Shown: in pieces, positions 43,199-55,559 of the stretch | How positions within the stretch are numbered: the first letter of the stretch is position 1 | How the letters are laid out: every line of letters begins with the position of its first letter | Assembly: GCA_051530055.1 (NCBI GenBank) | Contig: CM121342.1 | Span: 6,802,864 to 6,866,863 of the forward strand | Source of the DNA: Neoechinorhynchus agilis | Lineage: Eukaryota > Animalia > Acanthocephala | Direction: 5' to 3' | Length of the DNA stretch: 64,000 bases | Translations under genes and position numbers: made by a program | Notes under the pieces: generated by a model | Told to the model about the DNA's origin: nothing | Databases searched by the model: none | What the model saw: only the letters and a program-made list of their open reading frames with translations

Positions 43199-45127
43199 AT
43201 GCTTCTTGTGCTTTTCTTAAATATTATATTATTGGTAATTCCACTAAGTCTTGTTTCAATGGAACAACATGGAAGAGAACCGAAATGCGCGATAACGCAC
43301 TCCGAGCCGATTTTAGCCTTTGGAATACGATGTTACGAAAATGATTCTGTTGGGAGAATGGAATCGATTATTAATTTATTACGATCTGCTCAACAAAATC
43401 AAGAAAATTTTGAATTTAATAATGTCGATCTTGAAGATATTCCTAGAAATTTCGTTTTGCTATTTCCCCAAGTCGTAAAGGTAACTATCCTTCATGAATC
43501 GGAACAATCATACAGATCGTCAGTACTGAGCAATTCTTTACTTTATAAACTCAAACGTGTAAAAGAGTTAAATATAAAGAGAACTGGAATTGTTAAGATT
43601 GAGGAAGACGCTTTTAAAGAATTTATGAGTCTTGTTCGACTAAGTTTGAGTTTCAACAGTATATCAATAATTCCTGCCCAATTCCCACGGCAATTACCGT
43701 TATTGGAAATACTTCGTTTATCGAACAATATGCTAACAAGTGAAAGTGTAAATGTTATTAGCCAACTAAGATACCTGAAGCTATTGGATTTAAGTTATAA
43801 TTTGATTGATCATTTAGCTGCGCCGAACTCAGGCTATTTTTACTATCTTGAGGAATTGTACATAGTTGGAAATCCAATTAAATCCGTATACAAAATGGAA
43901 TCGTTTAAAAATCTTCGTTATCTCCATATTACCTATCTTGCAAATGTCACCGATTTATTTAGTCGTAAAGACCAATATTCAAGATTATATAAATTTATCT
44001 TCACAAATGGATCGGCTATAGCGTTTGACACTAATTTGTTAGCTGCAGCACCTCGACTTCAAAATCTTGAGATTACGAGAAATCAATTAGAATCGATTCC
44101 TGCTGGAAACCAACAAACGAAGGAAAATATAAAGAAATTTTCGTTAGCGTATAATCAAATAACATTCATCCACGAAAATGATTTCGATGACTGGACAAGT
44201 CTTATAAGACTCTATCTTCAATGGAATAGGATTAATGGCTTCAATAAAAACGCATTTTCAAAGTTAAGAAGATTAAGATTTATATTTCTTGATTATAATC
44301 AAATAAAAACGATCGACCCGGACAGTTTAAGGAATAATCGCATACTGGAAATGTTCTCGATTAGCTACAACCAAGTAAATCATATCCATCCCAATCTTTT
44401 TCGGAATACAGGAAAGCTCCAATACGTCGATTTGTCTGGAAATCGAATTCGAGATCTGGTTGCAAGAAATCCACTCGCATGCTCGATTGCATACGTCGCT
44501 TTACGAGGAAATAAAATATCAACAGTAACCTTCAGCAGAACAAAAAGCTACAAGACTCTCGCGAACTTCGGCCTTGATTCGGAATTTGTCCCTCATTCAA
44601 TTTTGACCGCACTGAAGATCTATGGTCAAAACGCTACGAAGGTTTTCTCGCTAACAAACAAAAACCTGACAACGTTCAGAGAAATAAACATGTTCGTGGC
44701 AGTCAATATTTTAATATCACTCGACGTGACTAATAACCAAATAACTATGCTTGAACCAACCGATTTTTCGGGTGTAGTCAATCTTAAATATTTGAGTCTT
44801 CAATCAAATATCATCACCAAAATAAAGTCAAAAGCTTTTGAAGCTGCTGGCCATTTGGAAGCTATCGATCTCGGTCAAAACAAACTCAGTACAATTCCAG
44901 TTGATGCGTTCGATGGATTGGAAAATCTTATATTTTTTAATCTTGCTGATAACAAACTTAAAAGCATACCAGGAAGTCTTTATGATCTAAAAATGCCAAA
45001 TCTCGTTTTCTTGAATGTTTCGAACAATCAAGTACAAAACTTTAATATTGAACACTTCGCAATGATGAGATCACTCGGACAGATAGTTGTCGAAGGAATG
45101 AAAATTGAAGCAATCTTTTATTACTGA
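43199..45127 (+). CDS. Secreted LRR protein copy LRR-B (642 aa from ATG 43199; ORF open from 43058)
   Basis: Intact paralog of LRR-A with the same architecture and C-terminal AIFYY. Confidence 0.9.
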   Translation: MLLVLFLNIILLVIPLSLVSMEQHGREPKCAITHSEPILAFGIRCYENDSVGRMESIINLLRSAQQNQENFEFNNVDLEDIPRNFVLLFPQVVKVTILHESEQSYRSSVLSNSLLYKLKRVKELNIKRTGIVKIEEDAFKEFMSLVRLSLSFNSISIIPAQFPRQLPLLEILRLSNNMLTSESVNVISQLRYLKLLDLSYNLIDHLAAPNSGYFYYLEELYIVGNPIKSVYKMESFKNLRYLHITYLANVTDLFSRKDQYSRLYKFIFTNGSAIAFDTNLLAAAPRLQNLEITRNQLESIPAGNQQTKENIKKFSLAYNQITFIHENDFDDWTSLIRLYLQWNRINGFNKNAFSKLRRLRFIFLDYNQIKTIDPDSLRNNRILEMFSISYNQVNHIHPNLFRNTGKLQYVDLSGNRIRDLVARNPLACSIAYVALRGNKISTVTFSRTKSYKTLANFGLDSEFVPHSILTALKIYGQNATKVFSLTNKNLTTFREINMFVAVNILISLDVTNNQITMLEPTDFSGVVNLKYLSLQSNIITKIKSKAFEAAGHLEAIDLGQNKLSTIPVDAFDGLENLIFFNLADNKLKSIPGSLYDLKMPNLVFLNVSNNQVQNFNIEHFAMMRSLGQIVVEGMKIEAIFYY

Positions 45128-45234
45128 ATTGTAAGATTTAATTATTAAAACGTTTCATTGTAAGATTCGTTTAAAGATGAGCGCAAGGAAAACACAGAAA
45201 TTAAAGGTGTAACATTTTAATCTATTGATTCAAT

Positions 45235-45545
45235 GACACAAAGAATTTCTTTAGATTGTAGCTCTTGGTGTTTTATCATAAACTGGCTTCTCTCCCTCGA
45301 GCACAACACCTTTAAAAAATTATCTTCTCAAACGCCTCCGACATTTAGGAATCCCTTCACCCGATCTCTACAAATTTTACTTCTGCTTTATTTTGCATTC
45401 CCTCACCTGCGGTTATCCCGTATTTCGCAACCTTTGCAAATCTCAAATCCGTCATCTGCGCAGCTGACCTTCCCCTCTCGCACCGAATGCCTTGATGCTA
45501 TTTTCATAAAACAATCAAAATACCTATCAGCCAGACCATCACAAT
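45235..45545 (+). mobile_element. CR1/L2-like 3' fragment in the LRR-B 3' flank
   Basis: Matches the 39600-39880 family. The same fragment flanks LRR-C (59985-60465, inverted). Confidence 0.65.
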
Positions 45546-47012
45546 TTCTCCCACCACGAGGAAATCATCGATATAATGAGAAACCTTGACGGCATCAACT
45601 TTGGATGCTTGCGCCGCCAATTAATCTCAAGAACGTTCTCTAATCTCTGCACCGACGAACAAAACATAAAAGTGGATCCAGAATACATTTTCACTAATCT
45701 TTTCGGGCGACCGATCTACTCATGTATCCCGGCGCAACCGTGACGAACAGGGAGGTGGAGTTTTAAGATTTCATCGCTTTTGACACTAATTTGCTAACTG
45801 CAGCGATTTGAAAATCTTGAGATTACGAGAATTAAATTAGAATCGATTCCAGCTGAAAACCATCAAACGAAGGAAATTATAACATTTACACTTTCACTTG
45901 TTAGCATATTGTTCGATAAACGAAGTATTTCCAATAACAGCAATTGCCGTGGCCTGAACTTCTGCACTTATCCGCGCGGCAGATATTAACATTGAGTTCA
46001 ATGTAGACGTCCAATTCATCGATGGAACATTCGATGTCAGTTTATTGCTTTGCTGGATTAATTCACCTTGGGCCGACGATAAATTTATTAATCTGCCGAG
46101 GGTTTGTAGTGTTTCTTCTAAGAAGGGCGAGGGTTTCAGGGGTTCAGTTGCACTTCGGTTTAAAGTGCTCGATTCTGACATTCTGATTCTTCGTGATTTT
46201 GTTCGTGGTTGTTGCTCAATTTGGTCTAACGGCACTCCGCGCTTTAAAGATTTTTGCCCTTGCTTAATTGAAGAACATTTAAGATCTCCTGTTCGCATCA
46301 CCGCTTTTTTAGTTTTAACGGCTGAACTTGTTTTTGCATCCAAAAAACCTTCGATGATCGCACAGGATTTACAATAGTAAAGATCATTTCGACGGTATCG
46401 GATTCGACTTACAACAACTTTGCATCGATTGCATTGGCGTTGAACTTTTGCTCGTTTCGCAAGCGAAGAACTTGTTTCCGGGTGCTTGCGTTTTGTCGGT
46501 TCAACTGGTCTTTTGCTGAACGCTTCGTTGAAATTGTCTTCATTCTGGTCTTGACGTTGCTCGACAGCAATCTTCGTTTGGTCTTTTGGAATACTGATTT
46601 TTAAGCATTTCTCACAAAGACAGAGTCCACAATAATCAAACAATTTAGAAATTTCACTCATTCCACATTTAATGCAACATAGAATATCGCCAGTGTCTCC
46701 AGTCTTGTCTTCTAATTCCGGGTTCTGATTGGTTTGACTGTTTAAGGTAAGGTAATGTGACAATTTTACTGCTTCTTCTTTACATTCGAGTTCATCTTGA
46801 TTATTTTTATGTTGAATTTTACTGGCTTGCACGTTTGAAGAAGTACATTCCTGACATATGAAAGATCCTTTCGATGAATACCAAATTGAACTATCGTTTG
46901 AACCGCGTTTGTTGCAACATTTGAAAATTGTTGAATTTTTTTTGTTCGATCCAGTGGACCGTTTGTTCGCTTTTCGCCTCCGTCGTGCACATCAAAAAAG
47001 CGCTGTTTCGTG

Positions 47013-48308
47013 ATGCAAAATTGCGCTTCGAATATCAGCAATCAGGTAAACCCTATTTCCGACATGTCTAGATTAAGGTTTGTTCCTACTATCCCCCTCC
47101 TCCCGAGTGATTGTGAAGTTTTGAATGATTGTGCACAAGTTTCCATAGGGGATCAGATGGAACATTCTATCGACGCATCAAGGTTTAAGCGTCCTGTTAG
47201 GAAAGAGGATTTCGTTATCAAAATTCCCAAAGAAGCCATTGGCACTAACTCCCCCTCCTATTTCTCGCGTTATTTCTTCGAGAAGTATTTACTGCCGAAT
47301 GGTCGTGAGAAATATATGAATTTTTTGATAAAGAGGTTCTCTGTGACCAAATTCCACATCCTGTTTATTTTTTTCGATGCGGCCGGTAAAGACCTCTTTT
47401 CTAAGATGCTAGGGGAGTTAAGCATCCAATCTGTTGACCTATCTCGTAGAGTCATCTTTCTAATGAGGAATCCTCCTCAAGACTCGGATACTACTGATTT
47501 TCGCAAAATTGAGGATGAGTTAGGTATAAAACTGGTCAAATATCTGTTTAGACCCAACGCTAGTTCAGCCTACGCCATCCTATGTTCAGCTACTATCAAT
47601 GTCGCCGAGAGTCTAGCTAACCCCGGCAGGGGTTTTTTCTCATACTGGGTCACTTTTGACCGATACAGGGACTCTATCTATGATTATAATTTGACGATAT
47701 GTCAGAGGTGTTCGAGATGGAAGCACCACGAATCTGACTGTGTCTTCCCCTCCAGATGCATCTTTTGTGCAGGTCCTCATCACAAATCATCTTGCTCCAA
47801 TTCTGATGCTTCTACCTGTGCAAACTGTGGCAAGAATCATCCGGCCTTTGCACGTTCTTGCAAATTCGCGCAAGAATATTTTGACGATTCCATACCATCG
47901 AAGCAGCGAGTATTCCATAATTCTAGTTATAGAGAATTCTATCCACAACATAATCCTTTCTCTTCGGACGGTTTTTCCTCTAAGGAGTCGAAAACTCAAC
48001 CTTCCTCTGATGGTCACAAGCCTAAACTTCCCCCCAAACCTCCGGAAAAATCCTTTCTTGATAGTTTAAAATCTTCCATTAATACTTCTCAACTTTATCC
48101 CGATAAAGAAATTTCATTACTTAAGTACTTCCTTACTTTGATCCTTCACAAACTGCAAAATCTTTCTACACTAGACTCTACCTCCGACAATTTTTCTAGA
48201 TTATTTAACTTTAATAACTGGATCGATTGTGAAAATTATAAAAGAGATATTTCCCCATCTTTGGGTAACTTGGAATCTATAGATTCCAAACGTCCTAAAT
48301 TCATTTAA
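47013..48308 (+). CDS. LINE ORF1 (gag-like nucleic-acid-binding protein)
   Basis: CQRCSRWKHHESDC, CIFCAGPHHKSSC, CANCGKNHPAFARSC: the triple CCHC array typical of I/Jockey/R1-group ORF1. Confidence 0.85.
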   Translation: MQNCASNISNQVNPISDMSRLRFVPTIPLLPSDCEVLNDCAQVSIGDQMEHSIDASRFKRPVRKEDFVIKIPKEAIGTNSPSYFSRYFFEKYLLPNGREKYMNFLIKRFSVTKFHILFIFFDAAGKDLFSKMLGELSIQSVDLSRRVIFLMRNPPQDSDTTDFRKIEDELGIKLVKYLFRPNASSAYAILCSATINVAESLANPGRGFFSYWVTFDRYRDSIYDYNLTICQRCSRWKHHESDCVFPSRCIFCAGPHHKSSCSNSDASTCANCGKNHPAFARSCKFAQEYFDDSIPSKQRVFHNSSYREFYPQHNPFSSDGFSSKESKTQPSSDGHKPKLPPKPPEKSFLDSLKSSINTSQLYPDKEISLLKYFLTLILHKLQNLSTLDSTSDNFSRLFNFNNWIDCENYKRDISPSLGNLESIDSKRPKFI

Positions 48309-50951
48309 TGACTTGTTCCAATTATAAGGACTGTCCTTTCTCTTTCATCACATATAATGCCTTTAGGGCTTCTAGTCTTCCTAACTTTCTTACTCCTTGT
48401 GTAGTTGATAACTATGTTAACAAGCTGTGTTTTCAAGAAACCGGCTTTTCTAAAATGCTTCTCTTCGATAATTATGATTCTCATGTTCTTCTCCCTCGCT
48501 CCACATCAACCAATCAGCACATTGGATTTTCTGGAGGACTTCAAACATTTATTCTTAAATTTCACTCTTCTAAAATTTTATTTCAAACTAAAAATATTTC
48601 TTTTGCAATGCAAATTATTTCTTTTAATAATCCCTTATATGGAACCTCATCCCTTTTCTCTCCTACTCTTATCCTTTGCAACTTGTATATTCAACCCAGA
48701 CACGTGGGTATATTTACTAAATCTTTTATGCATATCCTCCGTTACTGGAATCTTGACTTTATCGTAGGCGACTTCAATAGTAATTTTTTAAATGCTTTTA
48801 GGCCCTTTTTTAAGTTTCACAATTTTTTGCTCCCTAAATATCCTTCTTTTCATAATGTTAAATCTAATAGACATACCTTCTTGGATGGTGCAATTATTAA
48901 AAAGTCAATTCCTATTTTATTTTATCCTGCTTCCCAACTTCAGTCACAGAGATTGTTAGGGCATGACCTTATCCTTTTTAAATCTAATGGCATCTCTCTT
49001 AAGGACACTTTCGTTTTTAATTCTAAAAGCTTTTCAAAATTTAATAATGATCTCCTTTCTTTTATGAACTCTTCCACTTCATCCTCCTTATCTGACTTTA
49101 ACAATGCCATTTTATCCTCTGTACATAAAAATTTAATTACTAAGTCTGTGATCAAGCGACCTCCTGTTTGTCATGAAGCCAACATATTTTATAAAAATGC
49201 TGTTATAGCTGACTTGTATGGTAACGCTCCCCTTAAAAACTTATTTATGAAAAAATTTTACACAGCTAAGTTTTATCATCAAGTTTCGTTGGACAAAAAG
49301 AAGCTGATCTCTCTTAAGTCCTTTGGTAAGGACTTTTGGTCCTGTATTTTGAAAAGAAGACCGGTCTGTTGGAAGGCAAAAGCATCTAACTGGATAGGGT
49401 CTATATCTTATCCTGCAGTAATTGAGTCTATTTTGATGGCACATACTTTTAGTGCATGTTCTTCTCCTCCACTTCCCATCTTTAATAAAAAGTCCTTTTC
49501 GTGGAATTTTGAAGTTGAAGTTTTTCTGAAGGCCTGTAAATCTAACCCCTCTAAAGCGTATAATATAAATATCACTTCACCCATAATTTTTAGTTCTATT
49601 TCTGATAAGGTAAAATCTATCTTTTTTAGTAGATTTCGTTTATCGAAAATTGATTTTAATGATCTACTTAACATAAATATTGTTAAGAAAATTTTTATTC
49701 CCAAAACGAAAGGACGTATATTTAACGCATCCCACATCAGAGTAATTTCCATACAGAACCCAATCGTCTCTTGCTTAGAAAGAGCGGTGAACGGGAAACT
49801 GTACGACTTTTTAGTATGTAGAAAGCTAATCCCCGACTTTTTCCATGGCTTCATTAGAGGTAAAGGTGTCACATCGCTTTTATCCTCTCTTAATTCTATG
49901 AATGAAGCTATTAATGTACAAAAACTTCTCATTCAGCTGGATATTAATAAGGCTTTTGATGCCTTGGATCGTGGCTTTCTTTATGAGGCTTTAGTTAATC
50001 TTAAAGTTCCTCTTAATCTTATCTACAAAACCAACTATCTTATGGAATCCAAGTCCTTTTACTATGAGGTGGACCCTTCTCACACTAAATTTCTCTAGAT
50101 ATGGTGTTCCTCAAGGATCTCCACTCTCGCCCACCTTATTTTTAATTGCCCTTATATATATTTTCAAAAATTTAAAGAAATCATCTTCCATATTTCCTTT
50201 AGTTTATGCGGATGATATATTCTTATTTTGTAAAGCTAGAACATCTTCTATTCTAACTAATAATATAGCCAATTTTATGCATTCTTTGTCGTCGGAACTT
50301 AGGAAAGCCAATTTAGTTACAAACAATAACAAAACTTTCTTTATTCGACTGAATAACACTTTGGCTTCGAGGAAGCTTCTAATTAATGAATTATCTTCTA
50401 ATTTAAGTTTCCCTAATATCAATTTTAGATCGCATTCCAAGATTTTAGGTGTTGATTTCCCCCGTAAAAATCATAGAATTTTTATAAACTGTTCCTTTAA
50501 AAGTCTTCTGACAAAAACAGATATTTTTATCAAAAGAGCCAAAAGGTTATCAATTTCCCCACCTTTTATTTCTAAAGTGTTAAAAATATTTCTAGGGGGT
50601 TCAATATGCTTTTTCGCACGAGGCCGGCCCCCAGAAAACAGACTATCATTTTATCTTACTATGCTGAATAAGCTTAGCAGTATTCTTATTAAAAATAATA
50701 TTGATACGGAACCCCTTTTCTCCTTTTTAACAAGAATTTTTTTGTCTAAAATTTGGTTTTATTCTTATTGTTATTCTAGCTGTAAATATTTTAATTACAA
50801 CTCCTCAATTCTTAGAATCTTTTTCAATAAACCATCTAGTTTTTTACCCATTAATCAAACTAATATACTTAACAGGAATGAGGTAAGTGATTTTCTCATG
50901 TTATTCTTTTTTTTACAGGATCAGGACAAGAAAAGGATTATTATTACTTAA
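48308..50951 (+). CDS. LINE ORF2 (APE endonuclease + RT), ~880 aa, split by a +1 frameshift at ~50090
   Basis: APE: YNA, FQET, NLY, VGDFNS, LDG, GHD. RT: IPK..IRVISI, HGFIRGKG, LDINKAFD, then in the next frame GVPQGSPLSPTLF and YADD. Confidence 0.85.
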
Positions 50952-52319
50952 GAATTAAAAGAAGGGTTTTCGAGGCTGCTGTGAGGGGATTTAAGAGATC
51001 GTCCCACAACTCACAGCCATCTTGGGCCCGAGACATATTAGATCAAGCAAGAAAGAGGAATTAAGAGATTGATTGTGTGTATGTTGTATGAGGCGTGAAA
51101 TAATAATAATAATAGTTCGCTTTTACACCGAGATCGATATTGGCAACTGCGCGGATAGATTCTGTTTGTAGCTGAGATGTATTTTCGTTCGGATTAACGT
51201 TACTCGCTTGAGAGCTACTCAAGGTTCCTGTAAGCCGAGTTGCTGATTGCGGGGCACAACCTTTACACAGAATAAGTTGATGACAGGAATACCATTCAGA
51301 ACTTCTCCCTCTTCCACATCGTCGGCAACAAATATCTGAAGGATTCCCTGAATTATCCAAGAGATTTGGTACGCTTTGGACACGAGGAGGTTGTAATGGA
51401 AGTTTCTGATTTTTATCTTCATTGCTTCCTTTTTTCGGCGATGTGAGAGTCAATTGTGCACATTTGCAACAAAGAACTCTTTCTTTAGTATAAAACCAGG
51501 ATGCGCTCTTCTTGGTTCGGCAATTTTTACAGGACTTTCCATTTTTACTTTTCAGAAGTTTGACAGGGTAAGATGCGGATTTCCTTTTTGCAGTCAAATA
51601 TTTATTTACCATCTCAAAACAAGTTACACCCGCATTGTCATAATTTCCGATATCTTTGACAATAATCGCATCGATTTGACCAACCAAAAAAGGCCATTTC
51701 GCAATCTTTGCAGATTGATCTTTTTCTGTTTTGTTCGTAGTTCGAAATGGTTTAATTTGTTCTGGTACAGAGGTCGCGGTGGAATGTTCGTTCAATTCGA
51801 AGTGTTCGTTCGAATGAACTTGTATCAAACTCTTTGCTGCTTCGTTTATAGCAGGTCCTCTTATTGAGAAGGTTTCGTTAGTTTCTTTAAGTTCAACGTC
51901 CTGCAATCCCTGACGAGATATTTCTACCCCGTGATCCACTTTTGGTTCACTGTCATGGCTGTCAATAATTTTGGGATTTGTTGGATGCATTTGTTCAGTT
52001 GGTGGCCTTTCACGCTCTGCGTTCTCAAGCTCGTTGTCCACTTGAGCGATAATTTCTTGAAGAATTTCAACAATCCCAGGATTCATTGTATGCTTTGCAG
52101 TTATGAATATTGAATTAATAGATATTTTCGTTGAGGATTGGAGAATTGTGAGATGTTCGTAGTAATGCTCCTTAGCAATTGTAGATAGTAATCGATATGT
52201 TTTTGGCCAAAACTCGAACATGACAAATAAGGATTTTTTGTTTATTTATTGATGATTATTTGCTATAATTTCGCGATTATTGTATAGCTATACGAATCAC
52301 TTGTTGATTATCAGCGCTG

Positions 52320-55300
52320 CTCGCATTTGAGAGAAGAGGGATGCGAGGTGATGTTGAATTTCGATACCGGTGCCGAGGTCAGTATCACCGATGATGATGT
52401 CTGAAGAAAGATTGGGCAGCCAAAATTGATACCAACGAGGCGATCGAAAGCGTATGGAGGATCTAATATTGATTGTTTGGGAAAGTGCCAAATGAAAATC
52501 GAGAGCGAAAATATGAAACAAGAAGCCATGGTGCACATCGTAAGGGAAACAAACGGATGCTTATGGGGAATGGATATGTTAAAATTGTTCCGAATGGCAT
52601 TACCGCTTTCAGTCACTATCAGAAAGATCGAAACAATACAGGAGGCCATGGATCAAATGATACGAGAGTTCAGGGAACTTTTTGTGGAAAAGACGACGTC
52701 GATAAAGGATTACAGGGTGACATTGCCTATCTCGGAGGACTGTAGCCTACTTGGGCATTACAGGACGTGGTAATCAGCGAGATCGAACGATTGGCAAACA
52801 AGGGGTGATGGAACGAGTTGTGGCAGAGGACACCAATTTGGAATGGGGGACTTCGATGGTCATTACTATAAAAAGCTGTGGACAGATAAGGATCTGCGTT
52901 GATTCCAGGATCACTGTCAACAAATGTTTGAAGCAAGACAGTTATCACATGCCAACTTTCGATGACATAGTGCACAGATTAGGAGGTGGCACGAAATACT
53001 CCACCATCGATTTGTCAGATGCCTACCTACAGCTAGAGGTTTGCAGAAGACCAACGAAAGTTCTTAAACATAACGACACCGTGGGGATTGTGCAGTTACC
53101 GAAGGATGCCATTTGGCCTGAGCTGCACACCTCAGATATTCCGAAAATGTATTGACAATTAATTGGCAAACATCCCGAGTACCGGTGCATATCCGGACGA
53201 TATAATTGTCACCGGAAAAGACGATGCCGAACATTTGGAGAATTTGAGGTCAGTCTTCATGCGATTGGAAAAAGCAGGTATAGGCGTCCGAAGGGGTAAA
53301 TGCAAATTCATGCAATCCCAGGTCCGATATTTGGGACACACGCTTCAAGATGGCAAGATAAGACCACAAAAAGAGAAGGTGGAAACGATCACCGAAGCGC
53401 GTGTCCCGCGCAATAAAAAAAGAATACCTGGAAAGATTCATTCCCCGGTCACAGAATCAATGCGGAGTCCTGTATGAGTTGCTGAGATAAGGAATTCCTT
53501 GGAAATGGAGCAGACAGGAGGAAGACAGTTCCGAGCAAGTAAAGGATGCAGTGCGAAACCACAAAGTTTTGGTACCTTTGGAAATGAAAAGAAATATTGT
53601 GCTGACATGCGACGTGAGTGAAGACGGAATTGGAGCGGGATTGTTTCACAAAAGGGAAGGCGGCGCCAAAGAACCCATCATGTTCGAGTCCCGAACATTG
53701 ATTCCAGCGGAAAAGAAATATGCGACCATCGAGAAGGAAGCGTTAGCAATCGTCAGTGCGGTGGTTCCTATATGGCCATCGATTTATCTTGCAGACGGAT
53801 CACAAGCCTCTGCAACACATCTTCGGAATCAAACGAGACCTGTCAAAAATGACGAATAACCGACTTGTGCGCCTGGGATTTCTTGAACCAATACGATTCC
53901 GAAATCGAGTACGTTCAAGGGGCCGAGAACAAATATGCCGATTTCCTGTCCAGGTTTCCAATGAATCCACCAAAGCACAGATACTCAGAAGAGGAGGAGA
54001 TAATGCTGCGATTGGTACAGAAAGAGAAAGCTGAAGCTTGCGGAATGATCAAGGCAAGATTAAAATCGGAGTCGATGAATGATCCTCACCTGACAAGGAC
54101 CAAACGATACCTGCATTTCGGGTGGCCTAAGACGGTACTTGGGATGGACAAACCGCTCGAGGCAAGGGCAGACGAACTATCCATGGAAAATGGTATTGTG
54201 ATGCACTTGCAGAGAATGATCATTCCATTGAAACTGCGAAAAAGTGTAATGAATATTCTACACAATGGACACCCAGGGATCGAAGCCATGAAATCTATAT
54301 GCCGGTTGGCCAGGCATAGAGGAGGACATCCGGCGCAAGGTAGCGAGTTGCGATCGTTGCCAAATAGCCCGGCCAAACATGAACAGCAACCACTCATACC
54401 GTGGGACTATCCGTCAGAAGTCTGGGAACGCGTACATATCGACCTGGCGGGACCAATAAACTCAAAGATATTCTTAGTTTTGGTGGACGTCAGGAGCAAG
54501 TGGCCCAAGGTCTGGCATTACAACACGTGCCAAATATCTGTTGAAATGGTAATTGACCGGATGAGAGAGGCGTTTGCTCGATTCGGAACACCAAAGAAAA
54601 TCGTTAGTGATAATGGACCACAATTTATGGCACGCCAATTTACCGAGTTTTACGAAGAAAACGGCATCGAGGCGATTAAAGCGAGTCCTTATCACCCACA
54701 AACGAATGGGCTGGTGGAATGCTTTATTGGCACATTAAAAAGACGAGTGCATCAACGGATACTCGGAAGGTACTGAACGAATTCTTGCAAACATATAAAA
54801 ACACCCCTCATGCAATCACAGGAAAGGCCTCCGCGGAAATACTGTTAGGAAGAAGATTGAACACTGTGTTCGATAACCTCAGACCGAAGATCGAGGAAAT
54901 TGTAAAGGACCAATCAACTCGAAAACAGATTCACAGACCTGTGGAGAATTATCGCGAATTCGAGAAAGGCAATCAGGTTTGATGGAAACAAGGAAGGGAA
55001 GGAGAATGCAGAAAGGGAATCGTAGAACGAAGATCAGGACCACTATCGTACCGAATCGCAGACCAAAATGGAACTCAAAATTGGAATCATGGGAATTGTG
55101 TTAGACGAAGAGACCATCACGAAGAAAATGAGCGAGATTTAGAAAGGATCGAAATAAAGACCGAAGAAGAGGATCAACGAAAGGCGGAAATCAAAGCAGA
55201 GGAAGGAAGGGAATAGAATGATGCGAGGTTGGCCGATAGGGAAACAGCGGATGGACGGGATATGATTCAGGGACTAGCAATTCCGGCCCTGAGAAGAAGT

Positions 55301-55360
55301 TAACGGCGTCGAAGACCGCCCATTCTGCCCTAACAAGCTAAGAATGAATGGGGGAGGAGA
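52320..55360 (+). mobile_element. Decayed Ty3/Gypsy retrotransposon related to 11730-15703
   Basis: FDTGAEVS (PR), IRICVDSR..IDLSDAYLQ, YPDD (RT), CDVS..EKEALAI (RH), VHIDLAGP..SDNGPQF..SPYHPQTNGLVE (IN). Polypurine GGGGGAGGAGA at ~55350. Confidence 0.9.
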
Positions 55361-55559
55361 CGGGTTCGCGCGCATAAATGATTGTGGGTGGGTGTGATTT
55401 GTGTTCGTTTTAAAAACACCAACGATCATGTCCACAAAAGTATCATGGCTCGTTTACACAGATATCAAATCAACGAATGCCTGTACTCAAAAATCAGTTT
55501 CTTTATAATTACAGGTTTATTTGTTAATATAGAATAGGGCCAATGTTCCACTTCTTTCT

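Larger units (their letters stand above)
46975..51114 (+). mobile_element. Young, apparently full-length 4.14-kb APE-type LINE (ORF1 3x CCHC, ORF2 APE-RT), 10-bp TSD, (TAA)n tail
   Basis: TSD GTTCGCTTTT at 46965-46974 and 51115-51124; tail TAATAATAATAATA at 51101-51114. The empty site is visible in G2 (GGTGTAAAAGCGAACAAACGG). Confidence 0.95.
45894..52086 (-). pseudogene. GATA-like gene copy G5 split by a LINE insertion and 3'-fused to an LRR fragment
   Basis: 5' half 52086-51115 and 3' half 46974-45953 rejoin exactly at the duplicated GTTCGCTTTT. Finger 3 has Cys to Arg (CNKR), and the last ~18 aa come from antisense LRR sequence. Confidence 0.9.

Noticed and set aside
55350-55440. 3' LTR of the second Gypsy element
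   Set aside because: A PPT-like run is present but not followed by TG, and there is no matching 5' LTR in the window.
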